This document shows positions 8,505 through 18,489 of a DNA stretch of 33,259 bases, piece by piece. A model generated the notes under the pieces. The model was given only the letters and a program-made list of their open reading frames with translations. It searched no databases and was not told where the DNA came from. The first letter of the stretch is position 1. Every line of letters begins with the position of its first letter. Both the position numbers and the translations under genes were made by a program. The DNA comes from Bacillota bacterium (GTDB taxonomy: Bacteria; Bacillota; Proteinivoracia; UBA4975). The stretch lies in NCBI GenBank assembly GCA_012727415.1, contig JAAYHI010000160.1, positions 1 to 33,259 on the forward strand. Direction: 5' to 3'.

Positions 8505-9694
8505 CCATTCCCCTTACCTGATGAACTGTCGATGGCCGCAAACAGGTTTATCATCTTTTTTGCATTGGTATGCCATGAATACTTGTCAAGCACTAATTTT
8601 CTGGCCCTCGACCCCATTCCTCTGGCAGCATCAGGATTGGCCAGCAATTGGTCCAGTGCCTTTACCAAGGCATCGAGGTCGTCGGCCTCGATCAACATCC
8701 CCGTTTTACCGGAACAAACGACATCGGCAATCCCCTCTCCCTTGCAGCCGATAACGGGCAAACCTGCCGCCATTGCCTCCAAATAAGCAATACCGAAACC
8801 CTCCATACTGCTGGGGAGAGAAAAAATCTGAGCCTTAGCCAGTAAGCCTGGCACGTCCTGATTGGGGACCCGACCCGTAAACTCAACTATATCATCAATT
8901 TGCAAATCTCGGGCCAGTCGCTGCAAGTTGGCTGCCTCTTCCCCGTCCCCTGCTACGGTATAGCGAATATAGGGGTATTTGCGGCGCAAAACAGCCACAG
9001 CATGCAGATTCAAGTCCAGTCTCTTTGTCTTTACCAAGTTGGATACACTGATAATGGATCCGGCTTGAGCCGAAGGTTGTATTTCTATGTACCTGCTGCT
9101 GTCAAAGCCATTATGTATTACTGCCGTCTTGTCAGGCATATGCGTTATCTCGTCCAACATATCTTTTAGCTTGCTGCTAACAGCAACAACCATGTCCGCT
9201 TCCCTGACGGCATTAATAATAGCTTGGCGGCAACTGTGGTTGCGGCAGGCAGTTTGCTGGACGTCTTTACCGTGAACAGTGATTACAAGAGGTATTCCCA
9301 GCTGCCTTTTGAGTAAGTGCCCTGCCTGTCCATCAGGTAAAATTGTGTGCGCATGGATAACAGCAAAGGGATTTTTTTTGTGGAGTTCAGCTACATGTTT
9401 ATGCAGTGCCCGGTACAGCCGGAAGCCGCTGCGCGCCATGCCCAGCCCGGCCGGGAAGACGAGATAAGCCGGGCGCCGGACAGCAATGCCGTCACGGGAA
9501 AAGGCCTTGGGAATGCTGCAGTAATGCCTCCAGCGGGGCAGAAGTCCAAGGGGATATGGCACCCAGGGACGAGGAGCGAGAACTGTTAAGCTGCAGCCCT
9601 GGCGCATTAGTTCCAGGTTTTGCTGATGTACGAAAATGCCTTTTGTAATGTTAGCAGGGTAGGGATACATATGGGAGATGACGAGGATGTTCAC
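8501..9694 (-). CDS. Glycosyltransferase family 4 (TuaC-like)
   Basis: ISHMYP...GIFVHQQ, IHAH, TVHG, EGFGIAYLEAMAAGLPVI (EX7E); AGGAGG RBS with GTG start. Confidence 0.92.
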   Translation of the reverse strand: MNILVISHMYPYPANITKGIFVHQQNLELMRQGCSLTVLAPRPWVPYPLGLLPRWRHYCSIPKAFSRDGIAVRRPAYLVFPAGLGMARSGFRLYRALHKHVAELHKKNPFAVIHAHTILPDGQAGHLLKRQLGIPLVITVHGKDVQQTACRNHSCRQAIINAVREADMVVAVSSKLKDMLDEITHMPDKTAVIHNGFDSSRYIEIQPSAQAGSIISVSNLVKTKRLDLNLHAVAVLRRKYPYIRYTVAGDGEEAANLQRLARDLQIDDIVEFTGRVPNQDVPGLLAKAQIFSLPSSMEGFGIAYLEAMAAGLPVIGCKGEGIADVVCSGKTGMLIEADDLDALVKALDQLLANPDAARGMGSRARKLVLDKYSWHTNAKKMINLFAAIDSSSGKGNG

Positions 9695-10968
9695 GCAGTC
9701 GCCTCCTGTCCTTCAGTATCCTCATTGCAGGCACACCAGAAGTATACAAACAGCAGCCAGAATAGTTTCAGCAACAGCCCGTCTTCTCCGGAAATGCAGA
9801 TATTAAGGACATACATAACAGCGACTGAGCAAATGAGAACCTTTTGATAGAATAAACGCCCTCTGGCTGCGACAATGCCCAGCCCAATAAAGAGCAAGTA
9901 CAATATCGCTGCGACAGTGGACTTAATCAGTCCCCCCTCAATGAAGGCATTGAAATAAAAATTGTGGGGATGGTCGCCCGCCCCAAACATATCTGTGTAC
10001 GCCCTGGTTCCAGCACCAAAAATTAGCTGAAAAGCAGTAAATCCATTAATATAGTCTGCAGCCTGAGCGATGCGCTCCGCCCGGCCCCCGATCATTCCCA
10101 GTACCCCTTCCTGACGAATGGTAACAAGGATTCTTTGAATGGTTGTAAACTTAAAATTTTCATTCAGCATTGGCAACAATACTGACAGGGCCAGGATGCC
10201 CAGGACAATTACAGCTGTCAGGGGAATAAAAAGACCCTTTGACCGCCGAAGGGTCAAAATTGCTATAGCCAACAGGGGAAGGGTGTAAAAGATTATACCC
10301 CGCCTGGAGCCGCTGTAGAGCAGCATAAAAGTCAGTAAGCCATAAGCCCCCAGCATTGCCAGGTGGACAAGCCATACTTTCTTTTTGAAGACTTGATTCA
10401 TCAGGGCGACAGACAGCAGTACAGATACAATTAAGTGCAGGAAAAAAATATTATAGTCACCAAACACACTGATGCTGTTGGCCGACCAGTTTCTTGCCCT
10501 GTTTGTCGCCGAGAAGACAAACATAAGCAGAGCAAGCAGCGAAATTACCCCGCTGCACTCCAACACTTTCATCGCAAAACCTGACCTGAACTTTTGCAAC
10601 ACCAGTATACTTGACAAGGAAAGCAGGAAAAACCACAAAATCCTCAGGGTTTTCTGGAAAGCTGCCTGGGGAAGCGGTGACCAGCCAATGGCCAAAAAAC
10701 TTAGGGCAATATAGAGAAGGATGCTGAACAGCAATACCTTCTTTAATTGCTTTGCCTGTCCAAAATTAAAGGTTAAGGTGCCGAAAACCAAAAACTCAAT
10801 TGTCAGCAAGCCGAACAATCCTGCAGCAGCCAGCATGAAAGAAGTAATGCCCAAAATGCTGCGAAAGTAATCCACTCCTGTTTCAAACAGGGAAGCCGCC
10901 CATAAAACTGCCACGCAGGCAACCTGGAGCATTGCATAATTCTTTTGTCTCTGCTCTAAAGTATCCAT
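9691..10968 (-). CDS. O-antigen ligase/polymerase (Wzy_C family) membrane protein
   Basis: Many transmembrane segments, SGSRRG, and FGAG...HPHNFYFNAFIEGG in the large loop. Start moved to ATG 10968 behind AGGAGAAGG. Confidence 0.8.
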   Translation of the reverse strand: MDTLEQRQKNYAMLQVACVAVLWAASLFETGVDYFRSILGITSFMLAAAGLFGLLTIEFLVFGTLTFNFGQAKQLKKVLLFSILLYIALSFLAIGWSPLPQAAFQKTLRILWFFLLSLSSILVLQKFRSGFAMKVLECSGVISLLALLMFVFSATNRARNWSANSISVFGDYNIFFLHLIVSVLLSVALMNQVFKKKVWLVHLAMLGAYGLLTFMLLYSGSRRGIIFYTLPLLAIAILTLRRSKGLFIPLTAVIVLGILALSVLLPMLNENFKFTTIQRILVTIRQEGVLGMIGGRAERIAQAADYINGFTAFQLIFGAGTRAYTDMFGAGDHPHNFYFNAFIEGGLIKSTVAAILYLLFIGLGIVAARGRLFYQKVLICSVAVMYVLNICISGEDGLLLKLFWLLFVYFWCACNEDTEGQEATA

Positions 10969-10996
10969 TAGCCTTCTCCTTAACCTGCAGCCAATA

Positions 10997-11830
10997 CTAA
11001 CTTTGCTGCCTGCGAGCGTCAATACCGGCGCGGACAAAATCTGCGATGATGACGAGAATCGCCCCTGCAAACAAGCCGGCAACAGCGAAGACAATGATCT
11101 TGGTTCGGCTTAAGGGAGTCGAAGCAGCATATTGCACCCTGTTAACATACTGCAACTCGTAACGGTTTAAGATGTCGGGAAGCTTGTCCTTTAAGCCAAG
11201 CATCTCGTCACGGGCGTAATCCAGTTGAGACAATTGGATGTAAAGACGAGTCCGTTCTTCGGAAAAAGTCTCCCGGTAAAGCTCATCTTGTTGTTCCCTG
11301 TATTTCTCCAGGTGCTCAATTTCTCCCTGGCGATATAGAATATCGTAGTCAATGCACTCCAGAATGCCGTCAATTATTTCACCAGACCGTTCCGAGCGAT
11401 AGCGATCAACTGCAGCAGTATAGGCTGACAACCCTTTCTCCAGCAACTGGGCATGTTCTGCCACTTCTTTGCTGCGCACAGATATGCGGACAATTCTCCC
11501 TGACCTGGCAACACTAACCTCTTGGGGAAGAGCATCGATGCCAGCCAGTATAGAGTCAATTACTCCTTCGTCTGTCTGGCGTGTAATTGCGCGGTCGAGC
11601 TCGTACAGACTGGAAAAGAAGCCAGCCACATACAGATTGCGGTGAATCTTGTAGTCGGCCTCAGTAACTTGTTGATACCCGATTTGAATAGTGGACTGAC
11701 CTGTTAAAAGGTACTGGGTAAAGATAATACCTCCCACAACCACTGCAACCATTGCTGTCACGATAACAAACTTTTTCTTCCACAAGAGGTGCAACAGTGC
11801 GAAGATGTCAAGTTTTTCGGTTTTCTTCAT
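10997..11830 (-). CDS. Wzz-like polysaccharide chain-length determinant / co-polymerase
   Basis: LDIFALLHLLWKKKFVI then an N-terminal TM, a charged helical middle, a Pro-preceded C-terminal TM, and position next to the Wzy-like gene. Confidence 0.72.
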   Translation of the reverse strand: MKKTEKLDIFALLHLLWKKKFVIVTAMVAVVVGGIIFTQYLLTGQSTIQIGYQQVTEADYKIHRNLYVAGFFSSLYELDRAITRQTDEGVIDSILAGIDALPQEVSVARSGRIVRISVRSKEVAEHAQLLEKGLSAYTAAVDRYRSERSGEIIDGILECIDYDILYRQGEIEHLEKYREQQDELYRETFSEERTRLYIQLSQLDYARDEMLGLKDKLPDILNRYELQYVNRVQYAASTPLSRTKIIVFAVAGLFAGAILVIIADFVRAGIDARRQQS

Positions 11831-11859
11831 TTTGTCATCTCCCGTTCCCTAAAATTCTT

Positions 11860-11882
11860 CACGGGGCAGGCTTGTCCCCGTG
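11860..11882. repeat. GC-rich intergenic inverted repeat (stem-loop)
   Basis: CACGGGG-caggcttgt-CCCCGTG between the acetyltransferase and wzz genes; no U-tract directly after the stem. Confidence 0.6.
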
Positions 11883-11893
11883 CAACGAAACAT

Positions 11894-12637
11894 CTATTCT
11901 TCCAGAGGCAGCAGCTGTTCCTCAGGAACCGGCCGCAACACCCTGGCCGGAGTGCCAACGACGATGGATTTCGCCGGCACGTCCCTGGTAACCACCGCCC
12001 CCGCTGCTGCAAACCCCTGTTCCTCAACTGTACGACCTGGCAGAACGGTGGCATTGGCCCCGATTCTTCCCCCGTCTTTCACTGTAACCCCTTTAAAATG
12101 ACGGAATCTCTCCTCGCTGCGGCCGGCGAAGTTATCATTGCTGGTGACAACCCCAGGGGCAATAAAAACATAATCCCCCAATTCAGACCAGGCGGTAATA
12201 TAGGAATTGGTCTCTAATTTGCAGTATGCGCCGACCATGCAATTATTTTCAATGGCTGCGTTTCTGCCGACAATGGTCCTGTTGCCAATGGCGACATGTT
12301 CCCGGATGGTGGCCAAATCCGCCACCAGGCACTCATCGCCCACCTGGCACCCCCTGTAGATCACAACGCCCGTGCCAATAATACAGGCGTTACCGATTAC
12401 TGCCGGCTTGAGACTGTCTACTTTAGAAGCAGCGCTGGTAACAGCCCGCATGGGCATTTTGCCAATGACTGTGTTGTCGTCTATTCTGACCCCATTGCCA
12501 ATTTTTGTCCCTGAATGAATAGTTACATTGTTGCCTATGCAGACTCCATCTCCTATTTCCACGTCGGGACCAATGGTACAGAAGTTACCCAATTGAATGT
12601 TTTTCCCAAGCTTTGCCCGGGGATCAATTGCATTCAT
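11894..12637 (-). CDS. Hexapeptide-repeat N-acetyltransferase, WbpD/WlbB-like
   Basis: Extensive [LIV]-G-x4 left-handed beta-helix repeats, VFIAPGVVTSND, IGANATVLPG, AGAVVTRDVP...VGTPAR. Confidence 0.88.
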   Translation of the reverse strand: MNAIDPRAKLGKNIQLGNFCTIGPDVEIGDGVCIGNNVTIHSGTKIGNGVRIDDNTVIGKMPMRAVTSAASKVDSLKPAVIGNACIIGTGVVIYRGCQVGDECLVADLATIREHVAIGNRTIVGRNAAIENNCMVGAYCKLETNSYITAWSELGDYVFIAPGVVTSNDNFAGRSEERFRHFKGVTVKDGGRIGANATVLPGRTVEEQGFAAAGAVVTRDVPAKSIVVGTPARVLRPVPEEQLLPLEE

Positions 12638-13844
12638 TACTTAAGCACCTCGCAATCAGGTTTTCCAGTTTATTTGTGAGAATCGGGATATCATATTCTT
12701 CTTCCGCAAGGCGTCTGCCCCGCAGACCCATTTCCCAGGCCATATCCTCATCTGCCATTATTGCCATAATTGCCTGGGCTACAGCTTTGGAATCCTCCGG
12801 CGGCACGGAAATCCCCGCCCTGGCCTCGCGGACAAGGTCGTTGGCCACCTTGCCTGAAAAGACAATTGGCTTGCCGCTTGCAAGATAAACATACAGTTTG
12901 TTTAGACTGATGCCATATTGATAAAGGTCGATATTCTTCATGGCGACAATGTTAAGGTGGCATCCCCTTAGCAAGGCAGGGATCAAAGAATAGGGCTGCT
13001 GGCCCATAAAATGCACATTATCCAGACCCATTTCAGCCGTCTCTGACTTTAAGCGCTCGACTTCAGTGCCCTGACCAAAGAGGAGGAAGCAAATTCTGTC
13101 TGCACCGGCTGCAGCAACTTCCCGAGCAGCACCGATGATTGTATCCATTTGATTGGCCCTGCTCATGGCACCTGTATAAGCCACGATATACTTATTTTTA
13201 TAAGGCCTGAGGATCTCCTCTGCCTTGCCTGCGTTCTCCTGTGCATAGCGGTCAAACTCCGCAAGGTTTACGCCATTGGATATATGGGTTATTTTATCTC
13301 GATTCACTCCGTGCTTACTGCAAATATAAAGGTCGGCAGCAGGCAGAAGAGTGATAATATGCCGGGAATTTTTATAGGCGCGCCTTTCCAGCCTGCGGAA
13401 AAACCAGGCGATTATGCTTTTGTCGCCTATTGCGCCCATATCGATAAGGGTCTGGGGCCATAGATCCCGGACCTCAGCAATAAAAGGCGCATTGGCTTTG
13501 CGGGCTATTCTATCTCCCGCCCGCCAGGAAAAAGGATGCACCGATGAGGCAATGACGACGTCAGGCCTGTATCCTCCGGGCAGACAGCCCTTGACCCTGG
13601 CAGCGAATTGCAGCATATTGATTACTCTTCCGGGTCCATTCCCCCGGTATGAGCATGTGGGAACAAAGATAAACTTTATACCCTCGGAAACAACAGCTCC
13701 TGTCCGTTGCGCATTTGTTTTGTGCTGAAAACTGGCAGCGGCAATTGTGACGCCATAGCCCCGCCTCACCAATTCCCGGGCCAGCTGAAAATGGCGCCCC
13801 GAATCTGGATTGGCATAGTGGTTAATAATCAGGATTTCATGCAT
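12624..13844 (-). CDS. Glycosyltransferase family 4 (WbuB-like)
   Basis: IINHYANP, EVRDLWP, YTGAM, NKLYVYLASGKPIV. Start moved to ATG 13844 behind AGGTGA. Confidence 0.9.
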   Translation of the reverse strand: MHEILIINHYANPDSGRHFQLARELVRRGYGVTIAAASFQHKTNAQRTGAVVSEGIKFIFVPTCSYRGNGPGRVINMLQFAARVKGCLPGGYRPDVVIASSVHPFSWRAGDRIARKANAPFIAEVRDLWPQTLIDMGAIGDKSIIAWFFRRLERRAYKNSRHIITLLPAADLYICSKHGVNRDKITHISNGVNLAEFDRYAQENAGKAEEILRPYKNKYIVAYTGAMSRANQMDTIIGAAREVAAAGADRICFLLFGQGTEVERLKSETAEMGLDNVHFMGQQPYSLIPALLRGCHLNIVAMKNIDLYQYGISLNKLYVYLASGKPIVFSGKVANDLVREARAGISVPPEDSKAVAQAIMAIMADEDMAWEMGLRGRRLAEEEYDIPILTNKLENLIARCLSNECN

Positions 13845-14934
13845 TTTTTTCACCTAACATTGCGTTATATAAAGCCAGCAGTTTTTTCTCCTGACTCTCC
13901 CAGTTATAAAGGGTTTGGTACGCCTCCTGGCCCCGCCGTCCCATAGCGGCTATTTCATCCCGATTGCTCTCCAGACGTTCGATAGCCTCCGCGATGGTAT
14001 CTGTATCCAGGGGATCAACCAATAGTCCGCAAGCGTGCTTTGCCAATATTTCCCGCCAATAAGGAAAGTCGGAAGCAATAATTGCCATGCCCATGGCCAT
14101 GTACTCAAACAATTTGTTGGGCATGGATGTCAGATGGTTGGGACTGGGCAGCAGACACATCATCCCCACATCATACTGCACCAGGTAGTCAAAAAAACTG
14201 GAGTAAGGGATTGACTGAATATGCTTTATATTATCTGTTTGTTGGATCTCGGCACTGACAAGGTGCTGGAATTCCATGCTGTTATAATGACCAATGATGT
14301 CAAAGCTGACGGGAATTTGAACTTTTTTAACCGCTTCAATCATACTGAGGACCCCCCGGGCCTGGGAAATAAGGCCCACATACACCAGTTTCAGCTGCCC
14401 CCGGGAGGGCTGCCGAAGGGGAGGGGTAAAGGAAATGAGGGGGTAGTTCTTGATAGTATGGACATTGCCTGGTAAGCTCTGGCTCAATTCGTCTGTTACA
14501 ACCAGCACCAAATCAAAGCACCGGCAAGACAGATTTTCCAACATCTTAAATAAAGCACAGACTGCCCCCCGCAAAAATCTGGGAATTGAACGCTTGTGCC
14601 GTATGGTCTTGGCATAATTCTCATGTACATCATAGACGACTTTTTTGCCCCATAGCTTGGCAATCAAACCGATCGGTATTAGTTCCGGATCATGAAAATG
14701 AATAACCCTGGCCTCTTTGGCAAGGGATTCCCGGAGCAAACGCCAGCAGTTTCCCAGCCTGATCCGCAGCTTTCTCCCTGCAGGCAAGGCAACACAGTGG
14801 ATCTTTTCCGGCCGCCAGTCCTTCACCTCTTGGGCATAAAATTTAACGGAATACTGCTTGGCCAGAGATAAGACCTGACGGTAATAAATTCGGCTGTCAG
14901 ATATGGGATGCACACTGGAGATGACATAAATCAT
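13837..14934 (-). CDS. Glycosyltransferase family 4
   Basis: SSVHP-x-x-DSRI, HFHDPEL, YDVHE, PNKLFEYMAMG; GGAGG RBS. Confidence 0.92.
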   Translation of the reverse strand: MIYVISSVHPISDSRIYYRQVLSLAKQYSVKFYAQEVKDWRPEKIHCVALPAGRKLRIRLGNCWRLLRESLAKEARVIHFHDPELIPIGLIAKLWGKKVVYDVHENYAKTIRHKRSIPRFLRGAVCALFKMLENLSCRCFDLVLVVTDELSQSLPGNVHTIKNYPLISFTPPLRQPSRGQLKLVYVGLISQARGVLSMIEAVKKVQIPVSFDIIGHYNSMEFQHLVSAEIQQTDNIKHIQSIPYSSFFDYLVQYDVGMMCLLPSPNHLTSMPNKLFEYMAMGMAIIASDFPYWREILAKHACGLLVDPLDTDTIAEAIERLESNRDEIAAMGRRGQEAYQTLYNWESQEKKLLALYNAMLGEKNA

Positions 14935-14953
14935 CAGGTTTCCTCCAATCTAA

Positions 14954-16033
14954 TCAGCGCTGTTTGAGATCAATCTCTTTCATGTCCAAAGTGGAAAAGC
15001 TCCCCAGAGGCAGCCTAACGGGCATTCCTGTCAGCTGGGACTTGTATGCAGCAAGGATAATCTCCACAGCCTTTTTTCCCGCCCTGCCATCGATATAAGG
15101 CTTGCGCCCCTCCTTAACAGCAGTGACAAAATCTCTGTACAAGGGGATATGCCCTGCCCCATAAACGGTGTCCGGATCAGGCTGACTTGCATTGTCAGTT
15201 GAGTCTTCGCCCAGCACATTCCAGACCTCGATTTTGTTAACGGCAATGCCACCGATGCAAACCGTACCAGTTTCCCCGAAGATGTTTAATGTCTCTTCAA
15301 GATTGGCAGGGTATACACAGGCGCTGCCCTCGACGATGCCGATGGCACCACTGGCGAAGCGGATGACGATGGCACCGAAATCCTCAGCTTCAATATCCCG
15401 GAGGAAATTTCCTGTCTGGGCAAAGACTGTCCCTGCGTCCTCGCCCAGCATCCACTGCAGCAGATCAATATTGTGCAAGCACTGGTTCATCAAAGTGCCG
15501 CCATCCAGCTCCCAGGTCCCGCGCCAGGGGGCCTGATTATAATAATCCTGATTGCGGTTCCAGCGAATACAGGCGGTGCCGTTTATTACCCTGCCCAGCT
15601 TGTCTTGTTGCAGTGCCTGACGCAATTTCTGCACCGGGGGGTTAAAGCGATTTTGATGGCACAGCCCCAGGGTCAGTCCCCGCTCTTCCGCTGCCGCTAT
15701 CATCTTATCGCAATCACTGATGGACAAGGCCATGGGCTTTTCCACCAGGACATGCTTGCCAGCCTGTAAACTCGCCAGAGCGTGTTGTGCATGGTACCCG
15801 CTTTCGGTGGCAATGGAAATAATGTCGATTTCTTCCTGCAGCATCTCCTGGTAATCCCTGTACTTCCTGACATCTTTGCCTGTTTTCTCGCTGTACAAAG
15901 CAGCTGCCGCATCCATTTTCGCCGGGATAAGATCAGCTACCGCCGCCAGTTCACAGATATCGCCGTTGGCAGCGATGGCCTCGATATGTTTCCTGGAAAT
16001 TCTCCCGCAACCCACCAACCCGATTTTCAACAT
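14954..16033 (-). CDS. Gfo/Idh/MocA oxidoreductase, WbpB/WlbA-like UDP-GlcNAcA 3-dehydrogenase
   Basis: GCGRIS, VEKPMA, HQNRFN, WRGTWELDGGTLMNQCLH. Start moved to ATG 16033 behind AAGGAGGT. Confidence 0.88.
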   Translation of the reverse strand: MLKIGLVGCGRISRKHIEAIAANGDICELAAVADLIPAKMDAAAALYSEKTGKDVRKYRDYQEMLQEEIDIISIATESGYHAQHALASLQAGKHVLVEKPMALSISDCDKMIAAAEERGLTLGLCHQNRFNPPVQKLRQALQQDKLGRVINGTACIRWNRNQDYYNQAPWRGTWELDGGTLMNQCLHNIDLLQWMLGEDAGTVFAQTGNFLRDIEAEDFGAIVIRFASGAIGIVEGSACVYPANLEETLNIFGETGTVCIGGIAVNKIEVWNVLGEDSTDNASQPDPDTVYGAGHIPLYRDFVTAVKEGRKPYIDGRAGKKAVEIILAAYKSQLTGMPVRLPLGSFSTLDMKEIDLKQR

Positions 16034-16052
16034 TGTTACCTCCTTATCCAAC

Positions 16053-17369
16053 CTAGAGCTTGCTGATTTTGTCTGACTTAATGCCGGCACAGGCGTTACG
16101 CGTATCTAAAATTAGCTGCGAATGCTCAACAATCATGGCGTAGTCATAGACGCTGTGGTCGGTAGTGATGATGACAATATCCGCCTCAGCCAAAGTCTCC
16201 GGCGTCACTTCCAACGAAGCATAATCCCTGCCCTTATGCCTGAAGCTGGGGATATAAGGGTCATTATATAATATTACTGCCTCTTCCTGTCGCAGAATAT
16301 CAATGATTTTTAAAACCGGGGACTCCCGCAAATCGTCGATATCCTTTTTATAGGCAGCCCCCAGGAGCATTACTTTAGAGCTATTCAAGGGCTTTTTCGC
16401 CTTGTTGAGCAACCTTGCAGCCTTGTCTACTACGAATTGAGGCATCGACTGATTTATCTCTCCTGCCAGTTCAATAAGCCTGGTATGGTAATCGTACTCC
16501 CTGGCCTTCCAGGTGAGGTAATAAGGATCAATGGGGATGCAGTGGCCGCCAAGGCCGGGGCCGGGGTAGAAAGCCATGAAGCCATAAGGCTTGGTCTTGG
16601 CTGCCTCAATTACCTCCCAGACATCTATACCCATTTTATTGCACAAGATGGCCATCTCGTTAGCCAAAGCGATGTTGATATTGCGGAATGTGTTCTCGAG
16701 AATCTTTTCCATCTCCGCCACCCGGGGAGAGGACACCACGTGGACATCGCCGTCCAAGACACTGGAATAAAGCAACTCGGCCAGCTGGGAACATGCAGGG
16801 GTCACGCCGCCGACAACCTTTGGCGTGTTCTTGGTGTTGTACTGTTTGTTGCCGGGGTCCACCCGCTCAGGAGAGAAAGCGAGGAAAAAATCCTTGCCAC
16901 AAGTCATGCCGGCGGACTCTAAAATTGGCTTGACAATCTCCTCAGTAGTCCCAGGATAGGTGGTGCTTTCCAGGATGACCAGGGTGCCTGTTTGCAGGTA
17001 TCTTGCCACATCCCGGGACGAATTTTCTACATAGGAGGTGTCCGGCTGGTAGTAGCGATCCAGGGGTGTAGGCACACAGATGGCTATGCAATCCGCCTTG
17101 GCCAGCTCACTGTAATCTGTGGTTGCCCGCAACTGCCCCTTGTGTACCATTTCATTCAGGTCGCTGTCCACCACGTCGCCGATGTAGTTAATGCCTTCAT
17201 TGACCTGGTCCACCCGTTTTTGCTGAACATCGAGGCCGATGACCTTATATCCTGCCTTGGCCTTCTCAACTGCCAGGGGCAGGCCGACATATCCCAGTCC
17301 GATGACTGCAATTACTGCCGACCTTTCTTGAAGCTTTTCCTTGAGAGAACTTACCAATGGGTTTGTCAT
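16053..17369 (-). CDS. UDP-HexNAc 6-dehydrogenase (WbpA/WecC family)
   Basis: GLGYVG, CVPTP, ESTTYPGTT, SPERVDPG, GPGLGGHCIP, DLRESP. Start moved to ATG 17369 behind GAGGGGTG. Confidence 0.93.
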   Translation of the reverse strand: MTNPLVSSLKEKLQERSAVIAVIGLGYVGLPLAVEKAKAGYKVIGLDVQQKRVDQVNEGINYIGDVVDSDLNEMVHKGQLRATTDYSELAKADCIAICVPTPLDRYYQPDTSYVENSSRDVARYLQTGTLVILESTTYPGTTEEIVKPILESAGMTCGKDFFLAFSPERVDPGNKQYNTKNTPKVVGGVTPACSQLAELLYSSVLDGDVHVVSSPRVAEMEKILENTFRNINIALANEMAILCNKMGIDVWEVIEAAKTKPYGFMAFYPGPGLGGHCIPIDPYYLTWKAREYDYHTRLIELAGEINQSMPQFVVDKAARLLNKAKKPLNSSKVMLLGAAYKKDIDDLRESPVLKIIDILRQEEAVILYNDPYIPSFRHKGRDYASLEVTPETLAEADIVIITTDHSVYDYAMIVEHSQLILDTRNACAGIKSDKISKL

Positions 17370-17382
17370 CAATCTACACCCC

Positions 17383-18480
17383 TCATTCATAGAATCCACG
17401 CACAGCTTGAATGACGCAGTCCTGAGTCTGCTTGGTCATTTCGGGATACAGGGGAATGGCAAAGGCGGTTTTGCATGCTTTTTCCGCCACCGGCAAACTG
17501 CCCTCCCGGTAGCCCAAATCCCGGTAGACCTCCTGAAGGTGCAGAGGAACGGGGTAATAATGCCCGGTGGCAATGCCTTTGTCTTCGAGATAGGCACAGA
17601 TTTCATCCCGGTGCGGGCTACGCAGCACATAAAGATGGTAGACATGGGTCCCTGTAAACTCAAGAGGCAGAGTCAGGGGCAGGTCGGCAAAGGCCTGGTT
17701 ATAGCGGGCAGCCAGTTCCCTGCGCTTTTGATTCCATTTGTCCAGATGCCGCAATTTTATCCTCAGAATGGCTGCTTGTAATTCATCCAGGCGGCTGTTT
17801 TGCCCGACAAGGGAATGGATGTATTTTTGTTTGCTTCCATGGAGGCGAAGCAGGCGCAGTCGGTGGGCAAGCTGTTCATCATCGGTGGTGATCATACCCC
17901 CGTCTCCGCAACAACCCAGGTTTTTCGTGGGGAAGAAGGAGAAGGCTGCAGCCTTGGCCAAAGTGCCTGTCATTTTGCCCAGGTAGCTGGAACCGATTGC
18001 CTGGCAAGCGTCCTCCAGGAGGATGAGCTGATGCTTATCGGCAATATTCTGTAGCTTATCCATTGCGCAGGGTTGTCCAAAAATATGCACCGGCAAAATG
18101 GCCTTGGTCCTTGGCGTAATTGCTGCCTCAACCTGCTCCTCATCGATATTCATGGTATCGGGCCGCAAATCGACGAAAACCGGCTTGGCGCCGCACAGGG
18201 ATATAGTTTCGGCACTGGCAAAAAAGGTAAAGGGAGTAGTGATTACCTCGTCTCCGGGACCAATGCCGAGGGCGCGCAAGATTAAGAACAGGGCATCGGT
18301 GCCGTTGGCAACGGCAACAGCATGTTCTGCCCCCAGGTAGCGGGCAGCCTCCTCCTCGAACCTCCTGACGTTTTCCCCCATAATATACCTGCCGCTGGCC
18401 AGTACCTCAGTGACAGCGGGGAGGATTTCCTGCTCAAGTTGTTTGTACTGTTCTGTAAGATCTAACAGCGATATTTTCAT
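17383..18480 (-). CDS. DegT-family aminotransferase, WbpE/WlbC-like
   Basis: ANGTDAL, EDACQAIG, SFFPTKNLG (PLP Lys), NSRLDELQAA, HYYPVPLHLQ; adjacent to the wbpA- and wbpB-like genes. Confidence 0.9.
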   Translation of the reverse strand: MKISLLDLTEQYKQLEQEILPAVTEVLASGRYIMGENVRRFEEEAARYLGAEHAVAVANGTDALFLILRALGIGPGDEVITTPFTFFASAETISLCGAKPVFVDLRPDTMNIDEEQVEAAITPRTKAILPVHIFGQPCAMDKLQNIADKHQLILLEDACQAIGSSYLGKMTGTLAKAAAFSFFPTKNLGCCGDGGMITTDDEQLAHRLRLLRLHGSKQKYIHSLVGQNSRLDELQAAILRIKLRHLDKWNQKRRELAARYNQAFADLPLTLPLEFTGTHVYHLYVLRSPHRDEICAYLEDKGIATGHYYPVPLHLQEVYRDLGYREGSLPVAEKACKTAFAIPLYPEMTKQTQDCVIQAVRGFYE

Positions 18481-18489
18481 TTTTCCACC

